DNA of 62,922 nucleotides, the filler included, from Stramenopiles sp. TOSAG23-3 (Eukaryota): assembly GCA_900128585.1 (NCBI GenBank). It is 6 parts of 6 records of this genome, joined end to end, with 100 filler letters (N's around TTAATTAATTAA, not from the genome) between each part and the next. Parts side by side here need not be neighbours in the genome. Positions count along the whole stretch, not along the records: positions 31,555 to 41,948 come from LT642823.1; positions 42,049 to 52,442 come from LT642824.1; 4 more parts are not named here. One strand, 5' to 3'. The position numbers were made by a program, and so were the translations under genes. The number at the start of each line of letters is the position of its first letter. Position 1 is the first letter of the stretch. Of this stretch, positions 32,871 to 43,390 are shown one piece after another. The notes beneath the pieces were generated by a model, which worked only from the letters and a program-made list of their open reading frames with translations, ran no database searches and had not been told where the DNA came from.

Positions 32871-32924
32871 ATTTCTCTTGTTCTTCTAATGATTCACATT
32901 TCTCTTGTTTTTCTAATGATTCAC
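32871..32924. repeat. 27-bp tandem duplication (ATTTCTCTTGTTYTTCTAATGATTCAC x2)
   Basis: Two adjacent copies with one mismatch. Confidence 0.9.
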
Positions 32925-33772
32925 AAACATCAAATCATTATTAGATGAGGAGATAATAATAATATAATAAAAAATAGACTAAAAATATATATAAGTTATT
33001 AAAAAATATAATAATAATCATAATTTTAAAAAAAGAAGATTATTGTATAATACCGCCAGTACGTACTGTATCGCTTTTAAATTAAATTAAATAATTTTAC
33101 CGGAACTATAATTCATCAGGTACTCGTACTAAATTAATACGATACCCGTATAGCCTATTATTGGACATTATAATTATTAGAAAATCATGCCTCTGCCTAT
33201 GTTATAGTCGTCTATTTTTTACCTGGTTTTTTTAAAAATAAATACGAGGCAAATAGTCGTTTACGAGGATGTATCCTCGTAATATTAGGACTATTCTATT
33301 TGTTTATATCCCATTTGTTTGTAATATAAACACAGCATACACACACCACCGTTTGTTTAATTAGTCAGTGTCTAGCCGTCTACAGTATGTGATTGGCCGA
33401 GCAATTGCTTCTTACTCTCTCCGAAGCTGTTCAGATACTGAAATATAAAAATAATACACTGTACAGCAGGTAGAACCGAAAGGAGAAAAATGAAAAATAT
33501 AGAAAAAAACGTTTTTAGGCTAAGAAGATTATCAGGAGAGTTGTTCTAAACTTTTAATCAAAACGGAAGGAAGAGAACGTCTTGTCTTATCGAAGGGTGT
33601 GAAGGAATCGATCCGGTCAAGTGGGTTGGCCTTGTATTCTAAGAAAAAGTACACAAAGTGTGAAATAAAATTATAAACACACCTTTGGTATTTACTGATG
33701 GCGAAATACTCCTTCGCTGCGGTGCGAGTCCAGTTTTATCACATACTTTTTCGTATTTTTCTTTAAGAGTTC

Positions 33773-34981
33773 TTAGTTGGTTGCCTTTACCAGACCGACT
33801 TTCCAAATGTCTCCTTCCTTCGCGTAGGTTCTGCCGCGCGACTCAACTGTTTTTTTCAACGCGTCGCGGTGGTCTTCGTGGTAATTGCACATTTCGTTGT
33901 ATATCAGTTCCTGGATCATCTCTTTCGACAGTTCGACCTTTTCAAAATCGAAATCAAACTCCTCGCTACACGTTGGCTCGTCCTCTGGGTTGTGGAGATC
34001 TGCTAAATAGGGGTGTTTCAAAGCGTCAGCCACGGTGATCCGCTTCGATGGGTTGAACACCAGCATTTTATCCAACAGGTCGATTGCTTTCGGGTTGGCT
34101 TCGGGGTAGAGCTTTGAAAAAGGAACTTTGGCTTTGAAGTCTTGGGATTTCATGAAACGCTTCGCTTTATCACTAGTGACGAAGTCGTCCAAATCCGCAT
34201 CGCTCGCGGTCCCAATCACGTCTGATATGATGTTCAACTGGTGTATGTAATCGTCCCCAGGAAACAGTGGTTTTCGCCCTAGGAGCTCCGCGAAAATGCA
34301 CCCAACCGACCACACGTCGATAGCTTTCGTGTACTCCTGGCACGAGAGCATTATTTCAGGCGCGCGGTACCACCGCGTGACGACGTACTCGGTCAGCTCG
34401 ACATTATTCCCCGCTTCGACGCCGCGTGCAAGGCCAAAATCGCACACTTTCAAATCACAATTCCCATTCAACAAAAGGTTCGATGGCTTCAAATCCCGGT
34501 GCAGCACGTTCGCGGAGTGCAAGTATTTGAGGGCCCGAAGTATTTGGTACACAAAGTACTGCACGTGGTCATCCGAGAGGCCTTGGCGGCTGTAAATAAT
34601 ACGGTGCAGATCCGTTTCCATCAAGTCTAGGATCATGTAGACGTCTTCGAAGTCCCCTACGCTGGCAGGGGGCAGCAAATCCTTCAAAGAGACTACGTTC
34701 TCGTGGTTAAAATGCCGCAGTAGCTTGATCTCTCTCAAGATACGTTTGGCGTCGACCAGGTCTTCGAAGGCCCTTGGTATCTTTTTGATCGCTACTTTTT
34801 CGTTCAACTTCGTGTTGTTAGCCGACACGACCACGCCGTATGCTCCGTGCCCGATAGGTTTGATTAGTTTGTAGTGCTCGGCCACATCAAACCTGGTACC
34901 ACTCACTACAAATGAGTGTATCCCAGGGCGGGCCGGCGCGTTTTGAGCCGGCGCACTATTGACTGCTGCAGCGGCGCTCAT
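33773..34981 (-). CDS. Mitogen-activated protein kinase, TEY type, 402 aa
   Basis: GHGAYG, 'DAKRILREIKLL', HRDLKPSN, 'LTEYVVTRWYRAPE', CD-site-like 'LHNPEDEP'. Confidence 0.96.
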   Translation of the reverse strand: MSAAAAVNSAPAQNAPARPGIHSFVVSGTRFDVAEHYKLIKPIGHGAYGVVVSANNTKLNEKVAIKKIPRAFEDLVDAKRILREIKLLRHFNHENVVSLKDLLPPASVGDFEDVYMILDLMETDLHRIIYSRQGLSDDHVQYFVYQILRALKYLHSANVLHRDLKPSNLLLNGNCDLKVCDFGLARGVEAGNNVELTEYVVTRWYRAPEIMLSCQEYTKAIDVWSVGCIFAELLGRKPLFPGDDYIHQLNIISDVIGTASDADLDDFVTSDKAKRFMKSQDFKAKVPFSKLYPEANPKAIDLLDKMLVFNPSKRITVADALKHPYLADLHNPEDEPTCSEEFDFDFEKVELSKEMIQELIYNEMCNYHEDHRDALKKTVESRGRTYAKEGDIWKVGLVKATN

Positions 34982-35680
34982 TGTTTCTGCCGGAAGAACA
35001 AACTAAAAAGGAACGGGTGAAAATACCGTGCAACGAGTGACGAGCGCAATTTAGTACCGTCCGTTACCACGCCGTTTTCGCAACGAATTAAACCTTCAAA
35101 AACAATAGGTAAAAGCTTCGCGTTTAAACACGGGCGCGAAACTTCGTCTACCGGGTGGATATTGTGTATTATTAGTCAAAGAACTGCGAAGTGCCGTGGC
35201 AGTAGTAAGATATACGTACACGAAGAGAGAAACAGACGCAAAGCGGGGACGGGGGCGAACAGGGAAATGGTGTAAGCACACGTCTGAATCGGTGAAGCAA
35301 ACGTTAGGCTTGCGTCTTCAAGTAAGCGATTGGGATGAATCTCTGTGATCATAATCATATTGCTTAAATGAAGTAATAATTTATGTAACACTTCTTTTAG
35401 TTCCAAATATTAATAATTGAAGAAGCTCTCCTCTATTCTTTTTAATAAGAGGAGGTAGGAATGGATCCAAAAACAAAAAAATATAAGTATTATTGAAATA
35501 CTGTACTTAATATTTAAATTAGACTATAAAATTAAATATATTTATTATTAATAAAAGTACCAAAGTATCATATAAATTATTTATATAATTTGAGTATTTA
35601 CCTATGAATAGTACATGGATCTTATTTTAATTTATAGTCGTATAGTCGTCTAGTCTCTCTCTCTATTCTCTATCGAAACT

Positions 35681-35778
35681 CAGAGAGAGATAGAGATAGA
35701 GAGAGAGAGAGAGAAGAGAGAAGAGAGAAGAGAGAGAAGAGAGAGAAGAGAGAGAAGAGAGAGAAGAGAGAGAAGAGA
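35681..35778. repeat. (GA)n / (GAAGAGA)n purine microsatellite in divergent intergenic region
   Basis: Read directly. Confidence 0.92.
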
Positions 35779-36246
35779 TATTTTGTTTTAATTTATTTCT
35801 TCATTATTATTTATTACATTATTCATCATCAACAACAACAACAACACATTTGGCTTGCTCGTATTCTTCTAGTCTTCTATGATATAGCCATTATATTTTA
35901 CGAACAGCAAAAACAACAAATAAAAAAAAAAAAGTAGAATGAAAATAATAGAAAAAAATAATAATAGAAAAAAAAAATTATTAAAAAAAATAATAATATG
36001 GACTACAGTATTATTATACTACCAATAAGAATAATAATAAGAATTTAAAAAAATAATAATAATATCTTCTTCTTTCTTAAATTGTACGAAGAAACAATTA
36101 TGAAAAAAAGGAGGACTACATAGAGGGACGTTGAATTATAATTTGTGTAGTTTTGTATTTGTTTTTCATTCCTGGATAAATAGAACATAATATTGTGACT
36201 TGTTGAATTTTTCCGTTCCCCTTTCTCCCGCGTCCGAGGAAACCTG

Positions 36247-38826
36247 ATGTTTACCATCGACGAGTTCGGCGTAGTCACGCAGCCTCGGTTGAGGGGGATA
36301 GAGGCGATCAGTGCTTTGCAGGACAAGAACAGCCACGTTCCGCAAAAAAAACGAAAGTACAATTGGTCGATATCTGATGTCATAGGGGAAACGGGTCATT
36401 GGGCGCTGAAGCTGGAGAGGCAGAAACGCCGGGGAAAGGAATCCGTCCCCGATGATTCTGCAACCTCTGGAACCAGCAACGGCAACGATGCCAAAGTAGA
36501 AACACTGGTTTTTGTCATGGACAACGTCCCGCCTGACCATAGGCTCAACCAAGAGCAGCATGACTGGCTCTGCGCTTTGTTCCAAAACGACCAGAAGTCT
36601 CCCATTTTGCCGCCGAACAAGCAGCAGCAAGGCCTGCTTCTGTCTCGCCACCCAATGCCGCTCACGTCCCTGTTTTTCTCGTCGAGCGGGCGGGAGGAGG
36701 AACTCTTTCTCTTTGCCACAGAGCCCGTTGGGATACTGTACGTGTGGCAGTGGACACGGTGGAGGTGGAAATTTTTGAACCGAGTCTCCCTCAATCGAGG
36801 GAACCCTGGCACGATTGTCAGAAACGCGGCATTTTTGCCGAAACAGAATATACTGGTGTGGCATTCGTCGAGCGTTCCTGCGACCAGAGATGGGGAGGGC
36901 GCTGCAGACGTGGGCAAGCCGCGCTCCGACGAGGATACCGGCTCTGCCGAGACGATAGATGGGTCTGGCATTCTGATGACGTGCACGCTCAACGTAGAGC
37001 GAAGGGAAGTTGACGGGAAGACCCAAACGCAAATGCGAGTCGGCTACACGACCACCCTCGGATCGATCTCGCCGGAAGTCATGCTGTGCGGCAGAACTGG
37101 GCTGTGGCTCCGCAACAAGACGCAGCTATTGCTCTGGTCGACCCGAAAGGGGGCAATCCTTCGACAGCCGCTGCCCGGCCAGCCCCTGCTTAACGTAATC
37201 CATGGCCTGAACAACAAGTTTGTGTGCCTGTTCGACGGTGGTCGTTTAGTTGCTTACGAGGACGACGCGTCCTCGACAGAAGCCAGCATCGTGGAAACGG
37301 CCTTGCCAACCCTGTCTCCGTGTCCAAAAAGTAGCAACCCCTCGGGAATAGTGTTCGCGTTTGATTGCGTCGTGGTGTTAGACGGGGAGGAGTGCCTGTT
37401 TTACGATGCCAACACTGGCGTAATGATAAGCAGCGTCTCTGTTCTAGAAGACGTCGCCCGGAAAGGGTTGTGGTCCATTGGGGGTGCGGGGTCTGCGTGT
37501 GGGCTGTGGTCGGCAGATAATATATGGTTGGTGGGGTTCCAGTTCCCCCCATCCTATGCTGCAAAGTTGGACCCGTCAAAGGTGAGCCTGGCGCAACGGC
37601 TGCACAGTGGGAAAACTACGGCGGCCAAGTTTGGGCCGTCCTCCGCGGGTACTGCCTCAAAATTTGCCCTGGAGCTCGCCTCGGAGTTGGAAAATCAAGG
37701 CGGTGGTGGGATAACAGTGTGGAAAGATCTTGACCAACGGCTTCAGAACCCGATCCTTGCCCTGGCCTCACAAGGCATGGGCGAGAGCACGGTGCTCTCC
37801 AAGGAGCTTATTGAAGATTTCTTAAAAAAGTACAACGGGGAAGATTCTGCAGAGAATGGTGAAAACTCCCTTCAATACTTCACTCCACTGAATGCGATGA
37901 TGATACCCCATATGAAGCGCATTCTCAAAACCATGGAACTGGATAGGGAAGACGAGACGCCAGACGACGAACCCAAGCTGTCGATCCTCCGCCCAGAAGA
38001 ATTGTACGATAGGGTGATATTCGAAGAGAATGAGAACGATGCTAGGGAGGTACTGGAGTACCTTGAAGAAACCATGGGCATCCAGTTTGACGACGATGGT
38101 GAGATCTCTGTATTTGGACAAGGTCCCCATTTCCAATTGCTCTTGGTCCCGGAGCATTTTCCTGGGGATGGAAAGCGGAATCGAAGCCCCCCATTGTACG
38201 AATTAATGTCCCGTCTGTACTTTCGTTTTCGGTGCGACAAGCTGGAAGAGTTTGTACTGAGGGTCACGAAGCGGGCGGGCGTTGCCCCGTCCTTCAAGGC
38301 TGATAGAGTTAAAGGCGTTTACCCCCCAGAAACGGCGTACTTCCATCGTGCCATGGAGTCGCTACCGCCGACCTTTGCTGGGGAAGAGACTGACGTCCAG
38401 TGCAAAGCGAAGGCTAGTTTAATGTATTGGGCCGGAGACCACGTGGGCGCTATTTACAGGCTTTTGAAATCCATGACGATGAAGAAAGCCATAGCGTTTG
38501 TGAAGGGCATGGTGTTTTCAAAATTAGGTCCGCCAGCGATTGGCAACGCCACTTTGATTCAGAAACAAGTGTTCGAAGAACTTTTGCTTTACCAGCTCCG
38601 CCTTGACAATGAAAAGGCGGACGACTGTGAACAAATGTACGAAGAAATTTTTGAATTAATGCCAGAAGTTTATAGGATTACGCAATTGCTGGTGGTGTTG
38701 GAGGCGGTTGAAGAAGGCGAAGGGGAAGACGTCCCTGGCATTAAACTAAACGATGTTTTGAAAGACAAAATGTCGCTACTGTTCGGCCGATTCGTCAGCA
38801 CGCCATTGGTGTGGGGGGAGAACTGA
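36247..38826 (+). CDS. HPS6-like BLOC-2 subunit (N-terminal beta-propeller + helical C-terminus), 859 aa
   Basis: Long ATG ORF; 'WRWKFLNRVSL...ILVWH', 'PLYELMSRLY...LEEFV', 'YFHRAMESL' and 'IFELMPE...LLVVL' line up in order with remembered HPS6 motifs; CDS is secure, family call by eye. Confidence 0.6.
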   Translation: MFTIDEFGVVTQPRLRGIEAISALQDKNSHVPQKKRKYNWSISDVIGETGHWALKLERQKRRGKESVPDDSATSGTSNGNDAKVETLVFVMDNVPPDHRLNQEQHDWLCALFQNDQKSPILPPNKQQQGLLLSRHPMPLTSLFFSSSGREEELFLFATEPVGILYVWQWTRWRWKFLNRVSLNRGNPGTIVRNAAFLPKQNILVWHSSSVPATRDGEGAADVGKPRSDEDTGSAETIDGSGILMTCTLNVERREVDGKTQTQMRVGYTTTLGSISPEVMLCGRTGLWLRNKTQLLLWSTRKGAILRQPLPGQPLLNVIHGLNNKFVCLFDGGRLVAYEDDASSTEASIVETALPTLSPCPKSSNPSGIVFAFDCVVVLDGEECLFYDANTGVMISSVSVLEDVARKGLWSIGGAGSACGLWSADNIWLVGFQFPPSYAAKLDPSKVSLAQRLHSGKTTAAKFGPSSAGTASKFALELASELENQGGGGITVWKDLDQRLQNPILALASQGMGESTVLSKELIEDFLKKYNGEDSAENGENSLQYFTPLNAMMIPHMKRILKTMELDREDETPDDEPKLSILRPEELYDRVIFEENENDAREVLEYLEETMGIQFDDDGEISVFGQGPHFQLLLVPEHFPGDGKRNRSPPLYELMSRLYFRFRCDKLEEFVLRVTKRAGVAPSFKADRVKGVYPPETAYFHRAMESLPPTFAGEETDVQCKAKASLMYWAGDHVGAIYRLLKSMTMKKAIAFVKGMVFSKLGPPAIGNATLIQKQVFEELLLYQLRLDNEKADDCEQMYEEIFELMPEVYRITQLLVVLEAVEEGEGEDVPGIKLNDVLKDKMSLLFGRFVSTPLVWGEN

Positions 38827-38979
38827 AAAGATGAAGAAGGAGAAGACAATGTGTCGGAATTTTTTGTCGAGGATATTTTTTTAATATGCTTTTGCTCGAC
38901 TTTCAATTTTACCAAGACACAAAAGACATTAACATATGAACTTTAACCTAAAGAAACTAAGCGTGCGCCTCATCAATCT

Positions 38980-41715
38980 TCAATTTAACGAGACTGGTTG
39001 TGCCCGCCTGCGCGTAAACCTCATGCCTTTTGTGCTGCCGTAGTTTTCTACGCTGTCCAGTTGCAACCGTTTGTGCCTGTTGGCATTGTTTGTTCCCTGT
39101 TTTTGTCGCTGAAAAAACCGTTCTACACTTTTCCGGTGCTCGTAAAGCTCTTCAGCTTTCTCGAACAGTTGACTGCGGTGCAAAGGGGTTTCTTCGTCCG
39201 AGTCAATGTCCTCCGCTAAAATTTCCTCTTGTTTGGGAAGGACTACGAGCCGGCGCTTCGACCTCGGGCGAATAGATTTCGAGTTTGTGGCCTTTACCGT
39301 CTTCTTGATTTTCTCTTTTTCGGCAGTTGCAGCTTTTCCGCCTTCGTCACTCTCTTCGTCTTCACTCTCGGACCCTTCTTCAAGGTTTTCGTTTATCTTG
39401 TTGCGATTTTTCACGGCATTGTAAAGGGTCGACCCCTTTTGCTCTTTCTCTCTCATCTGGTCGCGCACGTTACCCACCAATTGCCGATTGCGGGTTGCGC
39501 TGGAAAACCCTGATCGATCCCTGATCGATTGCTGTTTTGCCTCATTGGCAAGCTCCCAGCGCGTGACAATGGCAGTAATTTCGTCAATGTTGCACTCCAT
39601 CTCCCCTAAGACCTTTTCGACGTTGGACTCCGAAATCCCCTCGGTCCGGAGTAAATTGTTGACAAATTTGTTTTTTCGCTGCAGTATATCTTGGGTAACG
39701 GATCGATCCAACAATTTCATGATTGCTCCCAGCGCAGAAAAAATAGGACCAAGCAGCTTTGCGTTTGCATCGATGTCTTCTTTAAACTTGATCGTCAGCT
39801 CCTTGGCTGCTAGCTCTTGCTCGTTTAACTTTTCCATCCTCGCTTGTTTGCCCGCCTGGGTCTGTTTTTTCGATGCTCCAACTTTCCCTTCCAATGCATT
39901 TTGCTCTTGTATAAGCATGTCTTTTTCCGTTTGCAAGTCCAGCATCTGCTGCTCGCAGTGCTCCATGCGGCGGATGTAGCTGAGCTGCCTGTGCTCCATG
40001 GACACGAAATCCCTTACAAAGTCGTCCATGTCGTAGGGCGTGTTGTCTGTGGCTGTTTCCGACACTCCCCCATCGTCTGATTCCTTTTTCTCAGCTTTTT
40101 TCCTTTCCTCCAGGATCCTATTGAATGCGTTGTTCAGTTCCTCGTAGCCAAAGTCGCTCATGAGAGTTTCTGTTTTCGCGCCGACACGCGCTAGCTTCCA
40201 TTTCGTAACCAGCTGCTTTCGCATGTTTTTCTTCTTTATTGCCTCTGCGTCCGGGACCCGGGCCAGCATTAACTCTACTTTGCCGCTTATTTTCCCATGA
40301 ACGGTGCGACCAGGAGCGCGCCCCACCAAACTTCCGCGGCGCCCTGCCGGGACAGGCCTCCCGTCTAGCCTACTGATGGCACCGTTGTCCTTCCCTGGGT
40401 GCCACTTCGCCTTTTTGGCCCTACCGCTGGGGCCACCGCTGGTTGATGGGCGGCTGGTATTCCGGCTCCCACTCGGTCGAAAGGGCACCCCTGCCGTTGC
40501 TGGTCTTCCAGACGAATTGAACTTCTCGATCGAACCTGTCAAGTAGCGCAAAGACATGCCATCCCGCTTGACTTTCTCAGCAAGCGCCGCTTTTTCCTCT
40601 TCTTCCTTTTCGAAGGCCCTGAGCTCCTCCTCTGTTGGTTCCACCTCCGACGCGGTGTCTGTATCGTCTTTGCCTCCTTTCCGCTTGTGCTTTTTCCTTC
40701 CCACCATATGGCCCAGCGCTTTCTGCCTCCGCACGGACGCGTTCACCTGCTTGGGCGCCACCAGCATCTGTCTGTGGGCGGCGCGGTGTTTTATTCTTTC
40801 CCGAGCTAACTTTCGCAATTTCCTGTTGTTTTCTACTGCTTCATGGTGTTCCATCTGTTTTAGCTCCTCTATGTCGTGTTGCAAGGCGTTTATTTCGCCC
40901 TTTACGCGGCTTAGCTTGTGGTTTGCAGTAGACAATGCGTCTTGCTTGTCTTGCACGGTGGCCACCCAGCTCATCGCGAGGACTTTTGCATTTTGTTTAA
41001 TGAACCTCTTCTCGTTTATTTCGCCTTTCAACGTCGCGGCGGCGGCTGATTTTGTTCCTAACTGAACCTTCGATTTGTGAAGGCGGCTTTCCAAGGCCTG
41101 TATCACGCGGACCAAAAATCCTTCATCTTCCCGCTTGTCGGCATTGGGGGGTTCCCCACTATTTATGGACGACCCGTGCGTTTTGTAACCCCCAAAAATT
41201 TTTCGCAGTTCTTCCAGCCTTTGGTCCCCGTCCATTACCAAATGCTGCACTTTTAGCAATTCACGCTTTTCGGTCTCAATGTCTCGAATGATTTTATGGC
41301 TTTGGGAAATCAGATCGTGCAGCCTGCTCTCCTTTGTCCTCAGTTTCACCCTCTTGCCGTGCCTCGAGGAAGCACCACTGTTTGGCCGGGAGCTTGACGG
41401 ATTTGCCCCCCTGAACCCGCCTTTCTTTGCCGCCAATTTGGAGGGTGAGTTAGCCAACATTAATTTTTTCGAGGTCTCGCTCAAAATCTTGCTCTCTGAA
41501 ATGATGGCATGCTTTTTTGCTCTCCGAAGCTCTTCGTCTCTTGCAGCTTCTGTCTCCGCGTGGTCCTCTTCGAAGTCGTCATCTGAATAATCTTCATCGC
41601 CATAGTTGCTCAAAACGGGTTCGGAAGAAGGCCATGGCATGTCCAGTGCACTGTCTTGTGCTTCCTTGATCACGTGTGCCATAGCACCAGTGTTGTTGAT
41701 TAGGTTCCTTTCCAT
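38980..41715 (-). CDS. Coiled-coil protein resembling ODA-DC subunit CCDC114/CCDC63 (ODAD1), 911 aa
   Basis: 'IQALESRLHKSKV', 'MDDFVRDFVSMEHRQLSY' and 'GISESNVEKVLGEME' resemble the ENRL, D.LV..F...E..NFS and G.TE.N....LG.IE blocks of ODAD1. Confidence 0.68.
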   Translation of the reverse strand: MERNLINNTGAMAHVIKEAQDSALDMPWPSSEPVLSNYGDEDYSDDDFEEDHAETEAARDEELRRAKKHAIISESKILSETSKKLMLANSPSKLAAKKGGFRGANPSSSRPNSGASSRHGKRVKLRTKESRLHDLISQSHKIIRDIETEKRELLKVQHLVMDGDQRLEELRKIFGGYKTHGSSINSGEPPNADKREDEGFLVRVIQALESRLHKSKVQLGTKSAAAATLKGEINEKRFIKQNAKVLAMSWVATVQDKQDALSTANHKLSRVKGEINALQHDIEELKQMEHHEAVENNRKLRKLARERIKHRAAHRQMLVAPKQVNASVRRQKALGHMVGRKKHKRKGGKDDTDTASEVEPTEEELRAFEKEEEEKAALAEKVKRDGMSLRYLTGSIEKFNSSGRPATAGVPFRPSGSRNTSRPSTSGGPSGRAKKAKWHPGKDNGAISRLDGRPVPAGRRGSLVGRAPGRTVHGKISGKVELMLARVPDAEAIKKKNMRKQLVTKWKLARVGAKTETLMSDFGYEELNNAFNRILEERKKAEKKESDDGGVSETATDNTPYDMDDFVRDFVSMEHRQLSYIRRMEHCEQQMLDLQTEKDMLIQEQNALEGKVGASKKQTQAGKQARMEKLNEQELAAKELTIKFKEDIDANAKLLGPIFSALGAIMKLLDRSVTQDILQRKNKFVNNLLRTEGISESNVEKVLGEMECNIDEITAIVTRWELANEAKQQSIRDRSGFSSATRNRQLVGNVRDQMREKEQKGSTLYNAVKNRNKINENLEEGSESEDEESDEGGKAATAEKEKIKKTVKATNSKSIRPRSKRRLVVLPKQEEILAEDIDSDEETPLHRSQLFEKAEELYEHRKSVERFFQRQKQGTNNANRHKRLQLDSVENYGSTKGMRFTRRRAQPVSLN

Positions 41716-41948
41716 TTTTCAAGTACGCCCTAATTGACCAGAGCGTGATATCACCCAATCCTTTCAATGTCCGCAATGCTCGAAAATTCCGTAAATACAA
41801 CTTTCAACCCTTGTGCCCTATGCCTTTCTTTATGCATATAATGCTTCACCGCCTTCCTTACGTAGTCTTTGAAATCTACAAATGTAACATTTCATTACTT
41901 TATACACACACGCATACCCCATTATATACCCAATCATAATTAATAAAA

Positions 41949-42048
41949 NNNNNNNNNNNNNNNNNNNNNNNNNNNNNNNNNNNNNNNNNNNNTTAATTAA
42001 TTAANNNNNNNNNNNNNNNNNNNNNNNNNNNNNNNNNNNNNNNNNNNN
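41949..42048. other. Artificial contig linker
   Basis: N44-TTAATTAATTAA-N44. Confidence 0.99.
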
Positions 42049-42127
42049 GCGATGGGGGCAGTCATTTTGCTGCAGAAAACACGAAGAACAAAAGACGAAA
42101 ACTGTAAATTTAGTAAGAATAATAATT
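42049..42127. repeat. 79-nt perfect inverted duplicate of 43418-43496 at contig start
   Basis: Base-by-base reverse-complement identity. Confidence 0.95.
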
Positions 42128-42382
42128 AAAATAAAATATAGTCGTCTTTCTTCTTTCTTCGAAAAAAAAAAAAGATCTTCTACTATCTTCTATTCACTAG
42201 AAGGTACAGTAGTAGAGGTAGTTGTTTACTCTTGCCTTCTTAACGACAATTCCGACATGAATGATCAACGGTTGAGTAAGAACAAATAATGACAAGAAGA
42301 GTAAGAGGTATAAAAATATATATCAGAGAAGCTACTTCCGCCAACTGTTATTTCATTGCAAACGTATGGCTATTAGGTAACA

Positions 42383-43309
42383 ATGCCATTTCTTGAAATG
42401 TCGTCCGGGGTGCGTCTCTGGTATGATGACTGGAAAGCTAACACGTCCAACTTTGTCCCTATTATTTGGCACCACGGGTACACGGCGAACAGGGCTATGA
42501 TGGGTTACTATGGCCCTGGCGGTTGCGCATATATTTTGAAGGGCCAGTACAGGCACATATTTATAGAGGCTCGTGGGTGTGGAGAGAGCTCCCGTTCCGG
42601 GCCGTACTCCATTGAGCAACAGGCGAAGGATACGATTAGCTTGGCAGATTTTTTGGGATTAAAAAGGTTCGTTTTTGTTGGGCACTCCATGGGCGGGGGT
42701 GTGGGGTGGTATTTAGGGGCGTACTATGCCGAGAGGTTAATAAAGCTAGTTTTGGTTGCCCCAGTCCCGTACCAAGGCTTTCCAACACGTGCGAAATATC
42801 CGTACAAAGGAGACGACACGAAACGAAGTAAAATTACACACCACTACGGCTACCCAAAATATGAGGAGTCGGACTCCGAGATGCTTTACGAAAGATATTT
42901 GATAAACTCAGCAGGCCGAGAGAAACCGGAATGGTATATGAAACGCGTTCAAGACCTGATTGAGCTACCAAAAGAGTACTGGGTTGATTGTTGGAAATCG
43001 ATTTGCCGATTGAATTTGACAGAGAAGGTTTTGGTGATGGAAACCCCCGTTTTGGTTTGCGGCGGGGCCAATGATGATCTGCTATCGGCCAATGTAAAGG
43101 ACTGCCTGTCGCTTAAGAATGGTGTGCTGCACGTTCTCAGTGGTGCGGGCCATGAGGTTTTGCGCGAGGATCCCATCGGAGTTGCCCGTGCAATTGTCGG
43201 ATTTTTGGATGGAAGTACCATCAGTCCGAATATTATGAAAGCCATCGCCCAGAAGCGGTTACGGGAACACCCTCATAAAGACCGTCTGTTTCTGAGGAAC
43301 AAGCTGTGA
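42383..43309 (+). CDS. Alpha/beta hydrolase (Abhydrolase_1), 308 aa
   Basis: 'IIWHHGY', 'RGCGES', nucleophile elbow GHSMGG, 'GGANDD', 'GAGHE'. Confidence 0.92.
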   Translation: MPFLEMSSGVRLWYDDWKANTSNFVPIIWHHGYTANRAMMGYYGPGGCAYILKGQYRHIFIEARGCGESSRSGPYSIEQQAKDTISLADFLGLKRFVFVGHSMGGGVGWYLGAYYAERLIKLVLVAPVPYQGFPTRAKYPYKGDDTKRSKITHHYGYPKYEESDSEMLYERYLINSAGREKPEWYMKRVQDLIELPKEYWVDCWKSICRLNLTEKVLVMETPVLVCGGANDDLLSANVKDCLSLKNGVLHVLSGAGHEVLREDPIGVARAIVGFLDGSTISPNIMKAIAQKRLREHPHKDRLFLRNKL

Positions 43310-43390
43310 ATTAGAAAAGTGTTATTTCAAAATATACGTACCTTCTCTAAAAACGAAAAATTGGCTGTTCTTTAAGTAGTCTAATATACT

